Assembly (NCBI GenBank): GCA_963734295.1
Contig: CAVTGS010000019.1
Coordinates: forward strand, 19,437 to 83,436
Length of the DNA stretch: 64,000 nt
Direction of reading: 5' to 3'
Source: an uncultured beta proteobacterium
Lineage (GTDB): Bacteria > Pseudomonadota > Gammaproteobacteria > Burkholderiales > JAEUMW01
The notes beneath the pieces are model-generated. The model made no database searches. It was given only the letters and a program-made list of their open reading frames with translations, and had not been told where the DNA came from. Of the stretch, positions 31,019 to 45,217 are shown piece by piece (the first letter of the stretch is position 1; every line of letters starts with the position of its first letter). The position numbers and the translations under genes are program-made.

Positions 31019-31362
31019 CAGTCGCGACCCATGATCAGTTTCACCAGCCACAAGAGCGTCGCATCCACGAGCCACAGGAACAGGGCCATCAACAGGATGA
31101 ATACGAATACGAGCCCCGTCGTCTGCAAAGTTTCCTTCCGCGTCGGCCAGACGACCTTCTTCGTCTCCGCGACCGATTCCTGCGCGAACGCGAACAACTG
31201 CTTGCCCTGGACCGTCGTCCAGGCCACCCCCGACGCGGCGATCAGACCGGCGACCACCGAGCCGGCGCGCACGATGGTGGCGCTGTCCTTAAGATAGTAA
31301 TAGCCGACGACCCCCGCCACCACGAGCATCGCCGCAAACGCAAGCTTGATCTTGTCAGCCAT
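31018..31362 (-). CDS. secE: preprotein translocase SecE
   Basis: Three hydrophobic segments; [12 protein letters not shown] motif. Confidence 0.95.
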   Translation of the reverse strand: MADKIKLAFAAMLVVAGVVGYYYLKDSATIVRAGSVVAGLIAASGVAWTTVQGKQLFAFAQESVAETKKVVWPTRKETLQTTGLVFVFILLMALFLWLVDATLLWLVKLIMGRD

Positions 31363-31377
31363 GACTGATGTAAGGGG

Positions 31378-31450
31378 CAGGCCAAGAGGGTCTCGAACCC
31401 CCAACCTTCGGTTTTGGAGACCGACGCTCTACCAATTGAGCTATTGGCCT
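31378..31450 (-). tRNA. tRNA-Trp(CCA); 3' CCA not encoded (reads CCC)
   Basis: AGGCCAATAGCTCAATTGGTAGAGCGTCGGTCT-CCA-AAACCGAAGGTTGGGGGTTCGAGACCCTCTTGGCCTG. Confidence 0.95.
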
Positions 31451-31543
31451 GTTGACCATGGGAAGGCAGTTAAACCGAGACGGCAAGGGGGCGGAACCCG
31501 CCCCCCGTGCGCGTCTCGAGCCCGAGTGCCCTCGCCTCTCTAG

Positions 31544-32734
<1,191 letters not shown>

Positions 32735-32775
32735 GTTGCTTCCTCGCGCCGAAATGGAACGACTTCAAAGTGTTG

Positions 32776-32850
32776 TGGTGCCCATGGCCCGGATTGAACG
32801 GGCGACCTCTCCCTTACCAAGGGAGTGCTCTGCCACTGAGCTACATGGGC
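32776..32850 (-). tRNA. tRNA-Thr(GGT)
   Basis: GCCCATGTAGCTCAGTGGCAGAGCACTCCCTT-GGT-AAGGGAG...GGGCACCA. Confidence 0.96.
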
Positions 32851-32935
32851 AAGCGCCCCCGCTGCCTCGCTCCGTTCCACGAGCGACCGACAGGATCGCC
32901 GCAGTTGGCGACTTCAACCCCTCGGCCATTCGAGC

Positions 32936-33009
32936 TGGAGCGGGTGAAGGGAATCGAACCCTCGTCATAAGCTTGGAAGGCTTCTGCTCTACCATTGAGC
33001 TACACCCGC
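32936..33009 (-). tRNA. tRNA-Gly(TCC)
   Basis: GCGGGTGTAGCTCAATGGTAGAGCAGAAGCCT-TCC-AAGCTT...CCCGCTCCA. Confidence 0.96.
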
Positions 33010-33084
33010 GTCGGAAGGCTAAAGGGCGAGAACCCTGCCGCAACTGACCGCCAGCTCGAAGCCAAATCCCGATCCGATCGCAAC

Positions 33085-33169
<85 letters not shown>

Positions 33170-33183
33170 AAACGAAACCCGCA

Positions 33184-33212
33184 ATTATCTTGAAAGGGTA
33201 CCGTCGTGTCAA
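33184..33212 (-). promoter_or_regulatory. sigma70 promoter of the tRNA-tuf operon
   Basis: A-tract then TTGACA-N17-GATAAT, about 15 nt upstream of tRNA-Tyr. Confidence 0.85.
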
Positions 33213-33311
33213 TTTTTCGGATGCTTCTCTTTCGCCGCAGCGATGTCCTTGACACCGGCAATCGAACGAAGACGTCGCCAAGCGCGAGGCGCCAGGGGCG
33301 CCAACAAGGGG

Positions 33312-33385
<74 letters not shown>

Positions 33386-33501
33386 ACCGTAAGGAAGACC
33401 GAGGGTAGACAGGCGGCAGCCGCAAGAAAGCCAGTTACGAAAACGCTGCGGTTCAGTTCACGCCGTGAGCAATGCCGCTCTGTCACAGCGCCCTCGCAGG
33501 C

Positions 33502-35400
<1,899 letters not shown>

Positions 35401-35433
35401 GTGTGTGGTTATCCGATCATGCAGAAAAGCTTT

Positions 35434-37216
35434 CTAGTATATCACGCGTTCTGAACCACTCATTGGACCCCCAATCGCCGCACCGCGTTCGGCCAGAAGT
35501 CGCTGCAGTTCGGAGCGTTCGTCCGGGCTGAGGGCAGCGAGAGGCTTGCCACCGAGTTGGAGAAGACGCGCTGTCCGGTAGCGTTCCTCGATCTGCCTCA
35601 CCGCGGCCAGGAACTCCGCTTCGGCGTCGAAATCGCCGATGCCGATTTCCATGATCTCCGCCGAAGCGTCGTTCAGCGCGGTTTCGTGGGGCGATCCACG
35701 AAAGTGATCACTCACAAGGGCAACCACGAGCCTATCGTCCAAGCGTGGATGGGCGGCGAGAAAATCAGTCAGCGCCAGCGTCGCCAGCGTGTCCGGATCA
35801 CCCGAGTCAACCAGCGTCCGATCGACCGCCGCGGCGAGCCGCGGAGCAAAGAGCAGGCAGCGCAACAGCCGCCGCTGCGGCGAAATGGGGGCGACACGCC
35901 GAACGCGCTCCGGCGATCGCCGTGACCACTGCACGGGTTGGACGTCGAGCTTGGCATCAGTCTCACGTTGATCGAGCCCCGCGAGCTCTGCGAGGCGTCT
36001 GCGGACTATGGCGGCAAGCGCCGGGGCTGCGATCTGCTTTACCAGCGGCTTTGCAGTCTGCAGCAAACGGGCACCCCCTTCTGGCGTGGCGAGATCGAGC
36101 GGACGGGATAGCTCACGCAACAGAAATCCGGAAAGTGGCACGGCGTCGCGGATCAGACCTTCGAAACTCTCACGCCCCGCCTTGCGCACGAAGCTGTCCG
36201 GATCTTCCGCCTCCGGCAGGAACGCGAAGGCGACCTCCTTGCCGTCGACCAGTTGTCCGAGGCAGTTTTCGAGGGCACGCCACGCCGCGCGCCGACCTGC
36301 CTCGTCGCCGTCGAAACAGAACACGACCCGAGCGGCCTGCTTGAGCAGCTTCTGGACGTGAAAGGGGGTGGTCGCGGTACCGAGGGTGGCCACCGTATCT
36401 TCGATGCCGTGCTGCGCCAGGGCGACCACGTCCATGTAGCCTTCGACCACGATCACCCGGTCCGAGGCGCGGACGGCACCGCGCGCCTGATACAACCCGT
36501 AGATCTCGCGTCCCTTCTGGAATACCGTTGTTTCCGGTGAATTGAGGTACTTCGGTTCGCCCGGCGCCCAGCACGCGCCCCCCGAACCCCACGATATCGC
36601 CGCGGGGATTCACGATCGGGAACACAATGCGATCGCGGAAGCGGTCGTAGCGCTTGCCGTCGTCGCCTTCGATGACGAGACCGGCATCGACCAGCACCTG
36701 CGCCCGATAGTCCGCGAAAACCGCGGCCAGATTCTGCCAACCGGGTGGCGCAAAACCGAGACCGAATCGGGCGGCGACCTCACCGGTCAGCCCGCGTCCC
36801 TTCAAGTATGCAATCGCAGCTTCCGAGCGCTTGAGCTCGGCCTTGTAGAAGACGGCGGCCGCCTGCAGCGTCTCGGTGATGTCCTGCGCCAATTCCACCG
36901 GCTGGACGGAAGCGGCCTCCCCCCGCATCTCCGGGACCGTCATCCCCGCCTTTCCCGCCAGTTCCTCGATGGCCTCGACGAAGCCCAGACCCGAGTACTC
37001 CATGACGAAACCGATGGCATTGCCGTGCGCACCGCAGCCAAAGCAGTGATAGAACTGCTTCGCCGGGCTAACGGTAAAAGACGGGGTCTTTTCGCTGTGG
37101 AAGGGGCAGCAAGCGACGAGATTCGCGCCCGCCCGTTTGAGCGGCAGATGGGATTCGACCACGTCGACGATGTCGAGGCGGTTCAACAGATCCTGGATGA
37201 AGGATTGGGGAATCAT
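35434..37216 (-). CDS. dnaG: DNA primase (apparent +1 indel near 36560)
   Basis: CPFHSEKTPSF...CFGCG Zn finger; TOPRIM VVEGYMDV and FCFDGDEAG in the second frame. Confidence 0.96.
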
Positions 37217-37243
37217 GACGCCCGGTCGACGAACAACCCCCGC

Positions 37244-37249
37244 ATTATA
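37244..37249 (-). promoter_or_regulatory. possible internal -10 box upstream of dnaG
   Basis: Perfect TATAAT about 28 nt upstream of the dnaG ATG in GC-rich DNA; no clear -35. Confidence 0.45.
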
Positions 37250-37357
37250 GGCCCCCCTTGACGGTCGCTCCGACGCCGCGACGGAAGGCCCGATTCCGGC
37301 CGGATTCGCGAGGAGTGCCTGCCGGCAACGCTCGGGGGTGCGCCCCGGACGCCGGCG

Positions 37358-37804
37358 CTAACCCGCCAGTTTCGACTTCACGATCGCGGCGACCTGGGTC
37401 ATGTCCGCCCGTCCAGCCAGCCTCGCCCTGAGCAGCGCCATGGCCTTCCCCATGCCCTGCGGTCCGCTAGCACCGGTCTCCGCAAGGGCTGCCGCCACGG
37501 CCTCTTCGACCTCTGCCGCAGACAACTGGGCCGGCAGGTAAGTTTGCAGGAGTGCCACCTCGAACGCTTCGCTCCGGGCCAGATCCTCGCGGCCCCCGGC
37601 CTCGAACTGGGCGATGGAGTCGCGGCGCTGTTTGATCATCTTTTCGATGGTCACGAGGACCTCGGGATCCGCGAGTTCGCGTCGCTCATCGACCTCGCGC
37701 TGCTTGATGGCGGCGAGCAGGAGACGGATTGCCGCGAGCCGCGGACCATCCTTCGCGCGCATCGCGGCCTTCATGTCTTCGGTAACGCGAGCCTTGAGCG
37801 GCAT
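37358..37804 (-). CDS. yqeY: GatB/YqeY domain protein
   Basis: LKARVTEDMKAAMRAKD...KQRRDSIAQF...MGKAM...GRADM; between rpsU and dnaG. Confidence 0.93.
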   Translation of the reverse strand: MPLKARVTEDMKAAMRAKDGPRLAAIRLLLAAIKQREVDERRELADPEVLVTIEKMIKQRRDSIAQFEAGGREDLARSEAFEVALLQTYLPAQLSAAEVEEAVAAALAETGASGPQGMGKAMALLRARLAGRADMTQVAAIVKSKLAG

Positions 37805-37867
37805 GGGACCCAGGAAACGGGAACAGGCTACGGCGCTTCGCCGCGAGCCCGTGCGAAGCGGGACGAA

Positions 37868-38080
37868 TCAGTACAGGCGCTGCGGGAGCATCTGGCTGCG
37901 CAGACGCTTGTAGTGACGCTTCACGGCCGCGGCGAGCTTACGCTTGCGCTCCGAGGTCGGCTTCTCATAGAACTCGCGGGCACGAAGCTCGGTGAGGAGG
38001 CCGGTCTTTTCGATGGTTCGCTTGAAGCGACGCAGCGCCACTTCGAAGGGTTCGTTCTCTTTGACTCGTACGGTGGGCAT
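37868..38080 (-). CDS. rpsU: 30S ribosomal protein S21
   Basis: [21 protein letters not shown]...REFYEKPT. Confidence 0.97.
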   Translation of the reverse strand: MPTVRVKENEPFEVALRRFKRTIEKTGLLTELRAREFYEKPTSERKRKLAAAVKRHYKRLRSQMLPQRLY

Positions 38081-38174
38081 GCTGAAGGACGCCTGGCAGT
38101 TCGTTTGTGGAAAGCCTTGTAATATATCAGTGTTCCATCGACTTTTGGAAGCCCTGCGCGATCCGACTTGGACC

Positions 38175-39247
38175 ATGCCCGCATCTGACGCTGTAACCGT
38201 TACCGTGCGAGACCACCTGGCTGACCTGGCCGGACTGGTTCTCGGCATCGAAACGTCGTGCGACGAAACGGGCGTTGCACTATACGATTCCCGGCATGGG
38301 CTGATCGCGCACACGATTTTTTCCCAAGTCGAGCTGCACGCGGAATACGGCGGGGTGGTGCCCGAGCTCGCCTCTCGCGATCATGTGCGTCGCCTGCTGC
38401 CGCTGGTGCGGGATCTTCTCACCCACGCCGGTGCCTCTCTGACCGCGTTGAAAGCGGTGGCGTACACGCAAGGGCCCGGCCTCGCCGGGGCGCTCCTCGT
38501 GGGGGCGGGCACCGCTGCTGCCCTCGCCTATGCCCTGCGCATTCCGGCCGTGCCGGTGCATCACCTGGAAGGTCATCTGCTCTCGCCTCTGCTCGGCGAG
38601 CCCGCGCCCGAGTTTCCCTTTGTGTGCCTGCTCGTGTCCGGCGGTCACACCCAGTTGATGGAGGTGTGCGGCGTCGGGCGCTATCGCCTCCTCGGCGAGA
38701 CCCTCGACGACGCGGCCGGAGAAGCGTTCGACAAGACGGCGCAGCTTCTCGGGCTCGGTTATCCCGGCGGGCCCGCGCTCGCCCGCATCGCCGAAGCGGG
38801 TCGTGCGGACCGGTTCCGGCTGCCGCGTCCCATGATCGCGAGCGCGGACCTCGATTTCAGCTTCAGCGGGCTCAAGACCGCCGTGTCGGTACTGGTCCGG
38901 GACCTGGATCTGGACGACGCCACCCGTGCGGATGTAGCCGCGAGCTTCCAGGAAGCGATCGTCGATGTGCTGGCGGCGAAATCGGCAGCGGCACTGGAAT
39001 GGACGGGGCTGCGTCAGCTCGTGGTGGCGGGCGGGGTCGGTGCGAACCAGGTGTTGCGGGAGCGTCTGCTCGCGCTCGGCAGCGCGCGCGGGATCCGGTG
39101 TTCTATCCGCGCCTCGAGTTTTGCACCGACAACGGCGCCATGATCGCGCTCGTGGGTGCGCTGCGTCTGGCGGGGGCGGCCCGCGGCGCGCTCGGCTTCG
39201 CGGTGCGGCCACGGTGGGATCTGGAAAGCCTGCCGGCTGCCCTCTGA
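38175..39247 (+). CDS. tsaD: tRNA threonylcarbamoyltransferase TsaD (apparent indel near 39095; start uncertain)
   Basis: [34 protein letters not shown]; CTDNGAMIA in shifted frame. Confidence 0.95.
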
Positions 39248-39264
39248 ACCGCGGCTGCGGCACG

Positions 39265-39858
39265 TCACACGACCTTGCCTTCGGTGCCGTCCAGGAGCTT
39301 CCGGATATTGGCGCGGTGACGCCAGATGAGAAGCACGGTCATCACGAGAATGACCGCCGTGTACGCGCCGCCGCCGAGGAAATACCAGCCCGCGACGGGC
39401 GCAGCAATGGACGCTGCGAGCGCACCGACCGACGAGATCCGGGTCACGGCAAACAGGGCGGCCCACGCCACCATGGCCGTCAGTCCGACGGGCAGACCGA
39501 ACGCGAACAGGATGCCCGCAGCCGTTGCCACACCTTTGCCGCCCTGGAAACGGAAGAAGACGGGATAGAGGTGACCCAGAAAGGCGGCGAGGCCCGCCAG
39601 CGGAATCACGCTGCTGGACGCGCCGAATTGCGGGCCCACGAGTCTTGCCAGCCATACCGCCGCCACGCCCTTCAGGACATCGCCGCCCAAGGTGAGCGCG
39701 GCAGCGGTTTTCTTGCCCGAGCGCAGAACGTTGGTCGCGCCCGGATTGCCGGAGCCATAGCTGCGCGGATCGGGCAGACCGAGCACCGCACTCACGATCA
39801 CGGCGAAGGACACCGAACCGATCAGGTAGGCGAGCACCACCAGAAGCACACTGGCCAA
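39265..39858 (-). CDS. plsY: glycerol-3-phosphate acyltransferase PlsY
   Basis: GSGNPGATNVLR, GHLYP..F.GGKGVATA, RHRANI. Confidence 0.96.
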   Translation of the reverse strand: MASVLLVVLAYLIGSVSFAVIVSAVLGLPDPRSYGSGNPGATNVLRSGKKTAAALTLGGDVLKGVAAVWLARLVGPQFGASSSVIPLAGLAAFLGHLYPVFFRFQGGKGVATAAGILFAFGLPVGLTAMVAWAALFAVTRISSVGALAASIAAPVAGWYFLGGGAYTAVILVMTVLLIWRHRANIRKLLDGTEGKVV

Positions 39859-39952
39859 CGCAGACGCTCTCCGGGACAGGGGATCGGGCCGGCGGCGGGA
39901 CCGCCGCTCTGCTGTTGATTACAATCGCGATGTGATTTTACGACACGGCGCC

Positions 39953-40310
39953 ATGGACATCATCTTCATCCAGGACTTCCGGGTGGAAACCCTGATCGGC
40001 ATCTACGAGTGGGAGCGCCGCGTCCCGCAGACGATCCAGATCGATCTCGAGATCGGCAATCCGGGCAGCCGCGCCGCGAGTACCGACAACATCGACGACA
40101 CGATCGACTACGGTGCGGTCGTCAATCGCATCGAGGAAACGCTCAGGCAGCAGCACTTCCTGCTGCTCGAACGCCTCGCCGAACACATTGCCGACATCGT
40201 CCTCGGCGAGTTCAAGTCGCCCTGGGTCAAGGTCAGCGTTGCAAAGCTGCAACTCCTGCGCGGGCGTGAAGCGGCTCGGCGTGACCATCGAGCGCGGCTC
40301 ACGCGCCTGA
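39953..40310 (+). CDS. folB: dihydroneopterin aldolase (apparent +1 indel near 40262)
   Basis: MDIIFI...IGIYEWER...DTIDYG...LLERLAE; GVTIERG* in shifted frame. Confidence 0.93.
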
Positions 40311-40327
40311 GACGTGCGCGGCGATGC

Positions 40328-41224
40328 TCACCCGCGCGGATGGTGCTTCGCGTGCAGCTGTTTCAGCCGCTCACGGGCGACGTGCGTGTAGATCTGTGTC
40401 GTCGAGATGTCCGCATGGCCGAGCAGCAGCTGTACTACGCGCAAATCCGCGCCGTGATTGAGCAGATGCGTCGCGAAGGCATGGCGCACGCTGTGGGGCG
40501 AGATCGCGGCCGCGATGCCCGCCGCGGCCGCATGTCGCTTGATGAGGCGCCAGAACATCTGGCGCGTCATCGCCCCACCGCGCGCCGTGACGAACAGGGC
40601 TTCGCTGCCGCGGCCGGCCAGCAGCACGGGGCGTGCTGCGCGAAGATAACGGCAGATCCAGGCGAGCGCCTCCTCCCCCAGCGGCACCAGCCGCTCCTTG
40701 GCGCCCTTGCCCATCACGCGCACGACGCCCATGTCCTGGCTCACCTGCGCCAGCCCGAGCCCCACCAGCTCCGACACGCGCAGCCCGCTCGCATACAGTG
40801 TCTCGAGCATGGCGCGGTCGCGCAAGCCCAGCGCGGTGTCCGGATTCGGGCTTCCCAACAGGCGCTCGACGTCGTCCTCGGTCAGGATCGTGGGCAGACT
40901 GCGCGGGAGCTTCGGGGCCTCGATGCGAAGCGTCGGGTCGACCTGAATTCGCCCTTGGCGCAAGAGGTGGCCGTAGAACCGCTTCAGACTCGACAGCAAC
41001 CGACTCGTCGTGCGCGGCTTGGCCTTCTGCGCGAACTTGTACGCCAGATATTCGAGCAGGTCGCCGCGTTGTGCATCGGGCAAAGCCCGCCCCCCGCGCT
41101 GCGCGAGCCAGTCGCGGAATTGGCGCAGGTCGGTGCGATAGCTCTGCAGCGTGCTGCGGGAGAGCCCGTCTTCGAGCCAGAGCGCGTCGCAGAAGAGATC
41201 CAGGAGCTCGTCACCTGCACTCAT
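40328..41224 (-). CDS. xerD: site-specific tyrosine recombinase XerD
   Basis: LWLEDGLS; LYASGLRVSEL; SPHSVRHAFATHLLNHGADLRVVQLLLGH..ISTTQIYTH; HHPRG. Confidence 0.96.
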   Translation of the reverse strand: MSAGDELLDLFCDALWLEDGLSRSTLQSYRTDLRQFRDWLAQRGGRALPDAQRGDLLEYLAYKFAQKAKPRTTSRLLSSLKRFYGHLLRQGRIQVDPTLRIEAPKLPRSLPTILTEDDVERLLGSPNPDTALGLRDRAMLETLYASGLRVSELVGLGLAQVSQDMGVVRVMGKGAKERLVPLGEEALAWICRYLRAARPVLLAGRGSEALFVTARGGAMTRQMFWRLIKRHAAAAGIAAAISPHSVRHAFATHLLNHGADLRVVQLLLGHADISTTQIYTHVARERLKQLHAKHHPRG

Positions 41225-41687
41225 GGTCGAGGAGCCAGCGCTTGACCGCGAGACAGAATCCGCCCTGCGCGTTCATGAAGCCGCCGAGGCCGTGGCTGCC
41301 GACCACGCGGTGACAGGGAATCACCAGCGGTACCCGGTTCGCGCCGCAGGCGTTACCCACGGCCCGCGCGCCCGATCCGGTCCGCGCCGCGACCTCGGCA
41401 TAGGCACGCGTTTCTCCGCATGGTATCCGCGCCACTTCGTCCCAGACCCGACGCTGGAACACGGTGCCGCCCACGGCGATGGGCAGGTCGAAGCGCAACC
41501 GCGGTTCGTCGAGATACGCCCGCAACTGCCGGCAGACTTCGGCAGTGAAGGGATCCCGTGCGGCGAGCCGCGGCGCGTCCAGCGCGAGGAAATCGATGCC
41601 GACCAGGACATCGCACTCGGTGCGCACACCCAGTACCGCGAAAGGCGTGCGCACCCGGGCCTGATAATCCGCGCGTTTTGCTTTCAT
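41211..41687 (-). CDS. ogt: methylated-DNA--protein-cysteine methyltransferase
   Basis: GTVFQRRVW, ARAVGNACGAN, IPCHRVV active site. Confidence 0.93.
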   Translation of the reverse strand: MKAKRADYQARVRTPFAVLGVRTECDVLVGIDFLALDAPRLAARDPFTAEVCRQLRAYLDEPRLRFDLPIAVGGTVFQRRVWDEVARIPCGETRAYAEVAARTGSGARAVGNACGANRVPLVIPCHRVVGSHGLGGFMNAQGGFCLAVKRWLLDHECR

Positions 41688-41716
41688 GTCGGCGATGTCA
41701 TCGCGGGGGCGAAATG

Positions 41717-41740
41717 AAAAGGGGCGGCCGCAACCGCCCC
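41717..41740 (-). terminator. intrinsic terminator after rplS
   Basis: GGGGCGG-ttgcgg-CCGCCCC-TTTT. Confidence 0.7.
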
Positions 41741-41762
41741 CGCCGCCCGCTGCGGAACCTGC

Positions 41763-42143
41763 TCACTCCGATGCAGTTGCCTTGCTGCTCGCTGCTATCT
41801 TCTCGCGAATGCGCGCGGACTTGCCGGACCGGCTGCGCAAGTAATAGAGCTTGGCACGCCGCACGTCGCCGCGGCGCTTCACCTCGATGCTGGCAATCAG
41901 CGGGGAGTAGGTCTGGAAGGTCCGCTCCACGCCCTCACCGGAGGAAATCTTGCGTACGGTGAACGAGGAGTTGAGGCCGCGGTTGCGACGCGCGATCACC
42001 ACCCCCTCGTAGGCCTGGACGCGTTTGCGCTCGCCCTCGACCACGTTCACGCTCACGACCACCGTATCGCCCGGCGCGAAGTCGGGAAGCGATTTGGCCA
42101 GACGCTGCACCTCTTCCTGCTCAAGCTGTTTGAGAATGTTCAT
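41763..42143 (-). CDS. rplS: 50S ribosomal protein L19
   Basis: PDFAPGDTV...GEGVERTF...[12 protein letters not shown]. Confidence 0.97.
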   Translation of the reverse strand: MNILKQLEQEEVQRLAKSLPDFAPGDTVVVSVNVVEGERKRVQAYEGVVIARRNRGLNSSFTVRKISSGEGVERTFQTYSPLIASIEVKRRGDVRRAKLYYLRSRSGKSARIREKIAASSKATASE

Positions 42144-42909
42144 GTTCTGCTCCTCGATCCGCAAATTCCTTCAAGAACTCTTCCAGCAGCGCCTGCTCGT
42201 CGGCACTCATGCCGCGCTTCTCGAGCAGGTCGGGCCGCCGCAGATGGGTCCGGCCGAGCCCCTGCTTGAGCCGCCAGCGGCGTATCTCGGCGTGATGCCC
42301 CGACATGAGGACCGGCGGCACCACGTCGCCGTCGTATACCTCTGGCCGCGTGTAGTGAGGACAGTCCAGCAGACCGTCCACGAACGAATCCTCCTGTACG
42401 GAGTCCGCGTCGCCGAGCGCGCCCGGCAGCTGCCGCACCACGCAATCGATCAGGATCATCGCCGGCAACTCGCCGCCCGTGACCACGTAGTCCCCGACGC
42501 TGATCTCGTCATCCACGTCGCGCTCGACGACCCGCTCGTCCACCCCTTCGTAGCGACCCGCAACCAGGATGAGCCCGGGATGCGCCGCGAGCGCCACCAC
42601 CTTGCGATGATCCAGCACCTCGCCCTGCGGCGACAGATAGATTACCCGGGAGCCCTGAGCGCCGCAGCTTCGCTGCCGCTGCCTGGCGGCCTGGATCGCT
42701 CGTTCGAGCGGCGCGGCGAGCATCACCATGCCGGGCCCGCCGCCGAACGGCCGATCGTCCACGCTCCGGTGCGGATCGGACGTGAAGTCCCGCGGGTTCC
42801 ACGCCACTAGGTCCCACAACCCCTGATCGCGGGCGCGGCCCGTGATGCCGAAGGCGGTTACCGCTTCGAACATCTGCGGAAAGATGCTGATTACGTCCAC
42901 ATGGAGCAT
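42121..42909 (-). CDS. trmD: tRNA (guanine37-N1)-methyltransferase
   Basis: [40 protein letters not shown]. Confidence 0.97.
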   Translation of the reverse strand: MLHVDVISIFPQMFEAVTAFGITGRARDQGLWDLVAWNPRDFTSDPHRSVDDRPFGGGPGMVMLAAPLERAIQAARQRQRSCGAQGSRVIYLSPQGEVLDHRKVVALAAHPGLILVAGRYEGVDERVVERDVDDEISVGDYVVTGGELPAMILIDCVVRQLPGALGDADSVQEDSFVDGLLDCPHYTRPEVYDGDVVPPVLMSGHHAEIRRWRLKQGLGRTHLRRPDLLEKRGMSADEQALLEEFLKEFADRGAEHEHSQTA

Positions 42910-42931
42910 GCGCACCCGGCTCCGTGATCCT

Positions 42932-43411
42932 TCAGCAATCCGACGCCCAGTCGACCCTGAGCCGGGCGCCCGCGAGATCGACCTCGACGATCACCGGGGC
43001 GATGAAGGGAATCAATCGCTCGCGGTCGCCCCGGACCACCAGCACGTCGTTGGCGCCGGTCTCGATCAGCGAAGCCACGGTCCCCAGCGCCTCGCCTTCG
43101 ACATTCAGCACATTGAGCCCGATGAGGTCAGCCCAGTAAAATTCGTCCGCCTCGGTCTTGGGCAGGGCTGCGCGCGGCACCGCGATATCGAGCTTCGTGA
43201 GCATCGCGGCCGCATTGCGGTCGTCGCACCCTTCGAGCTTCACGGCGAGCCCCTGGGGTTGGCATTCGACGGCCTCCACCTGCCACGGCGCCCAGTCTGC
43301 CTGCCCCCCCAGCCACCACCGGGGATAGCTCGCAAGGGCGTCGGCTGCCTCGGTATACGCTCGTACGCGAATCCAGCCGCGCACGCCGTGCGGAGCGACC
43401 ACCCGCCCCAT
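42932..43411 (-). CDS. rimM: ribosome maturation factor RimM (start uncertain)
   Basis: [14 protein letters not shown]...[10 protein letters not shown]...TGANDVLVV...LIPF. Confidence 0.93.
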   Translation of the reverse strand: MGRVVAPHGVRGWIRVRAYTEAADALASYPRWWLGGQADWAPWQVEAVECQPQGLAVKLEGCDDRNAAAMLTKLDIAVPRAALPKTEADEFYWADLIGLNVLNVEGEALGTVASLIETGANDVLVVRGDRERLIPFIAPVIVEVDLAGARLRVDWASDC

Positions 43412-43424
43412 CACCACCAGCCGC

Positions 43425-43679
43425 TCAGACCTTGGCGACCTCACCGTATTGCTTGACGAGGCGCTGTACGGTGTCCGACGGCTTGGCCCCCTTCCCCTTC
43501 CAGAACTCGAGCCGCGCGAGATCGATCCGCAGCGACTCGCGCCCTTCCGGAGCCTTGGGGTCGTAGAAGCCCACGCGCTCGACGAAACGCCCGTCCCGCG
43601 CATTGCGGGAGTCGGTCACGACGACGTTGAAGAAGGGCCGCTTCTTCGCCCCACCCCGTGCCAGCCTGATCACAACCAT
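43425..43679 (-). CDS. rpsP: 30S ribosomal protein S16
   Basis: [17 protein letters not shown]...[14 protein letters not shown]. Confidence 0.98.
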   Translation of the reverse strand: MVVIRLARGGAKKRPFFNVVVTDSRNARDGRFVERVGFYDPKAPEGRESLRIDLARLEFWKGKGAKPSDTVQRLVKQYGEVAKV

Positions 43680-43713
43680 GTCACGTCCGCCCAGAAATGC
43701 CGAAAAGCCGACG

Positions 43714-43743
43714 AGTATATTCCCGTTCGCTTCGATCTGACAA
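43714..43743 (-). promoter_or_regulatory. sigma70 promoter of the rpsP operon
   Basis: TTGTCA-N18-TATACT. Confidence 0.65.
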
Positions 43744-43754
43744 GAACATACCCT

Positions 43755-45104
43755 CTAATGCATGCCGGGCAGCATGCCCTTCATGCCGCGCATGAGCTTC
43801 GCCATGCCGCCCTTCTGCACCATTTTCATCATCTTCTGCGCCTGCTCGAACTGGTTGAGCAGCCGGTTCACCTCCTGCACCGTCACCCCCGCCCCCGCCG
43901 CGATGCGCCGCTTGCGCGAGGCCTTCAGGAGTTCCGGCCGGGCGCGCTCCTGAGGCGTCATCGCGTTGATGATGCCCTCGATGCGGTTGAAAGCCCGATC
44001 GTCCACGCTCGCCTGATTGGCCACCTGGCTCAACTGCCCCGGGAGCTTGTCGAGAAAGGCGCCGACACCGCCCATCTTTCGCATCTGTTTGATCTGGGCC
44101 TTGAAGTCCTCCAGGTCGAAGCCCTTGCCAGACTTGAATTTCTTGGCAAGCCGCTCGGCTTCGTCCCGATCCACCTTGCGCTGCGCGTCCTCGATCAGGG
44201 TCAGCACGTCGCCCATGCCGAGTATGCGCGAGGCCATGCGATCGGGATGAAAGGGCTCGAGCCCCGTGAGCTTCTCGCCGACGCCGACGAACTTGACCGG
44301 CTTGCCCGTGACATGGCGCACGGACAGCGCCGCGCCGCCGCGGGCGTCGCCGTCGAGCTTGGTGAGAACGAGACCGGTGAGCGGCAACGCGTCGGCGAAG
44401 GCGCGCGCCGTGTTCACCGCATCCTGGCCCTGCATCGCATCCACCACCAGGAAGGTCTCGACCGGCTTGAGCGCGCCGTGGAGGTCGTGGATCTCCCGCA
44501 TCATCTCTTCGTCGATCGTGAGCCGGCCTGCCGTGTCGACGATCACCACGTCCAGGAAGTGACGCCGCGCGTGATCCACGGCCGCACCGGCGATGGCCAC
44601 CGGCGCGAGCCCCGGCGCCGGGGGGTAGAAGTCGATGTCGAGCTGCCGCGCGAGTGTCGCGAGCTGGTCGATGGCGGCAGGGCGATAGACGTCGCAGCTC
44701 ACGAGCAATACTTTCTTCTTGAGCTCGTCCTTGAGCAGCCGTGCCAGCTTGCCGGAAGTCGTGGTCTTCCCCGATCCCTGCAGTCCCGCCATCAGCACCA
44801 CCGCCGGCGGGATGGCGGCGAGATTGATGGCGTCGTTGCGTTCGCCCATGAGGCGCGTGAGCTCTCGATGCACCACGCCGACGAGCGCCTGGCCCGGCGT
44901 CAGATTGCCGACCACTTCCTGACCGAGGGCCCTTTCCTTCACGCGGCCCACGAACTCCTTCACCACGGGCAGGGCCACGTCCGCCTCGAGCAGCGCCATG
45001 CGCACCTCGCGCAATGCGTCCTGGATGTTGTCCTCGGTGAGTCTGGCTTGGCCGCGCAGGTTCTTGACGACCGCGGTCAGACGCTGGGTGAGGCCTTCGA
45101 GCAT
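43755..45104 (-). CDS. ffh: signal recognition particle protein Ffh
   Basis: GLQGSGKTT, DTAGRL, TKLDGDARGG, Met-rich C-terminus. Confidence 0.98.
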   Translation of the reverse strand: MLEGLTQRLTAVVKNLRGQARLTEDNIQDALREVRMALLEADVALPVVKEFVGRVKERALGQEVVGNLTPGQALVGVVHRELTRLMGERNDAINLAAIPPAVVLMAGLQGSGKTTTSGKLARLLKDELKKKVLLVSCDVYRPAAIDQLATLARQLDIDFYPPAPGLAPVAIAGAAVDHARRHFLDVVIVDTAGRLTIDEEMMREIHDLHGALKPVETFLVVDAMQGQDAVNTARAFADALPLTGLVLTKLDGDARGGAALSVRHVTGKPVKFVGVGEKLTGLEPFHPDRMASRILGMGDVLTLIEDAQRKVDRDEAERLAKKFKSGKGFDLEDFKAQIKQMRKMGGVGAFLDKLPGQLSQVANQASVDDRAFNRIEGIINAMTPQERARPELLKASRKRRIAAGAGVTVQEVNRLLNQFEQAQKMMKMVQKGGMAKLMRGMKGMLPGMH

Positions 45105-45217
45105 GACAGACGGAACCTTGAGCTTGCGAGCCGGGCCGGGCGCCCGCCTCGGATTCGAGATGGTTTGGTGTAGACTCTGCTGCGATTCCACGCGTTCTGC
45201 CCGCGCGGATGCGCTTC

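Noticed and set aside
35434-37216. Split dnaG suggesting programmed frameshifting or pseudogenisation
   Set aside because: No slippery heptamer at the shift; it is a GGC>GGGC expansion like other probable errors, in an essential gene.
40328-41224. Tyrosine recombinase as a possible integrase of a mobile element
   Set aside because: Canonical housekeeping XerD next to ogt; no att sites, cargo genes or compositional shift seen.
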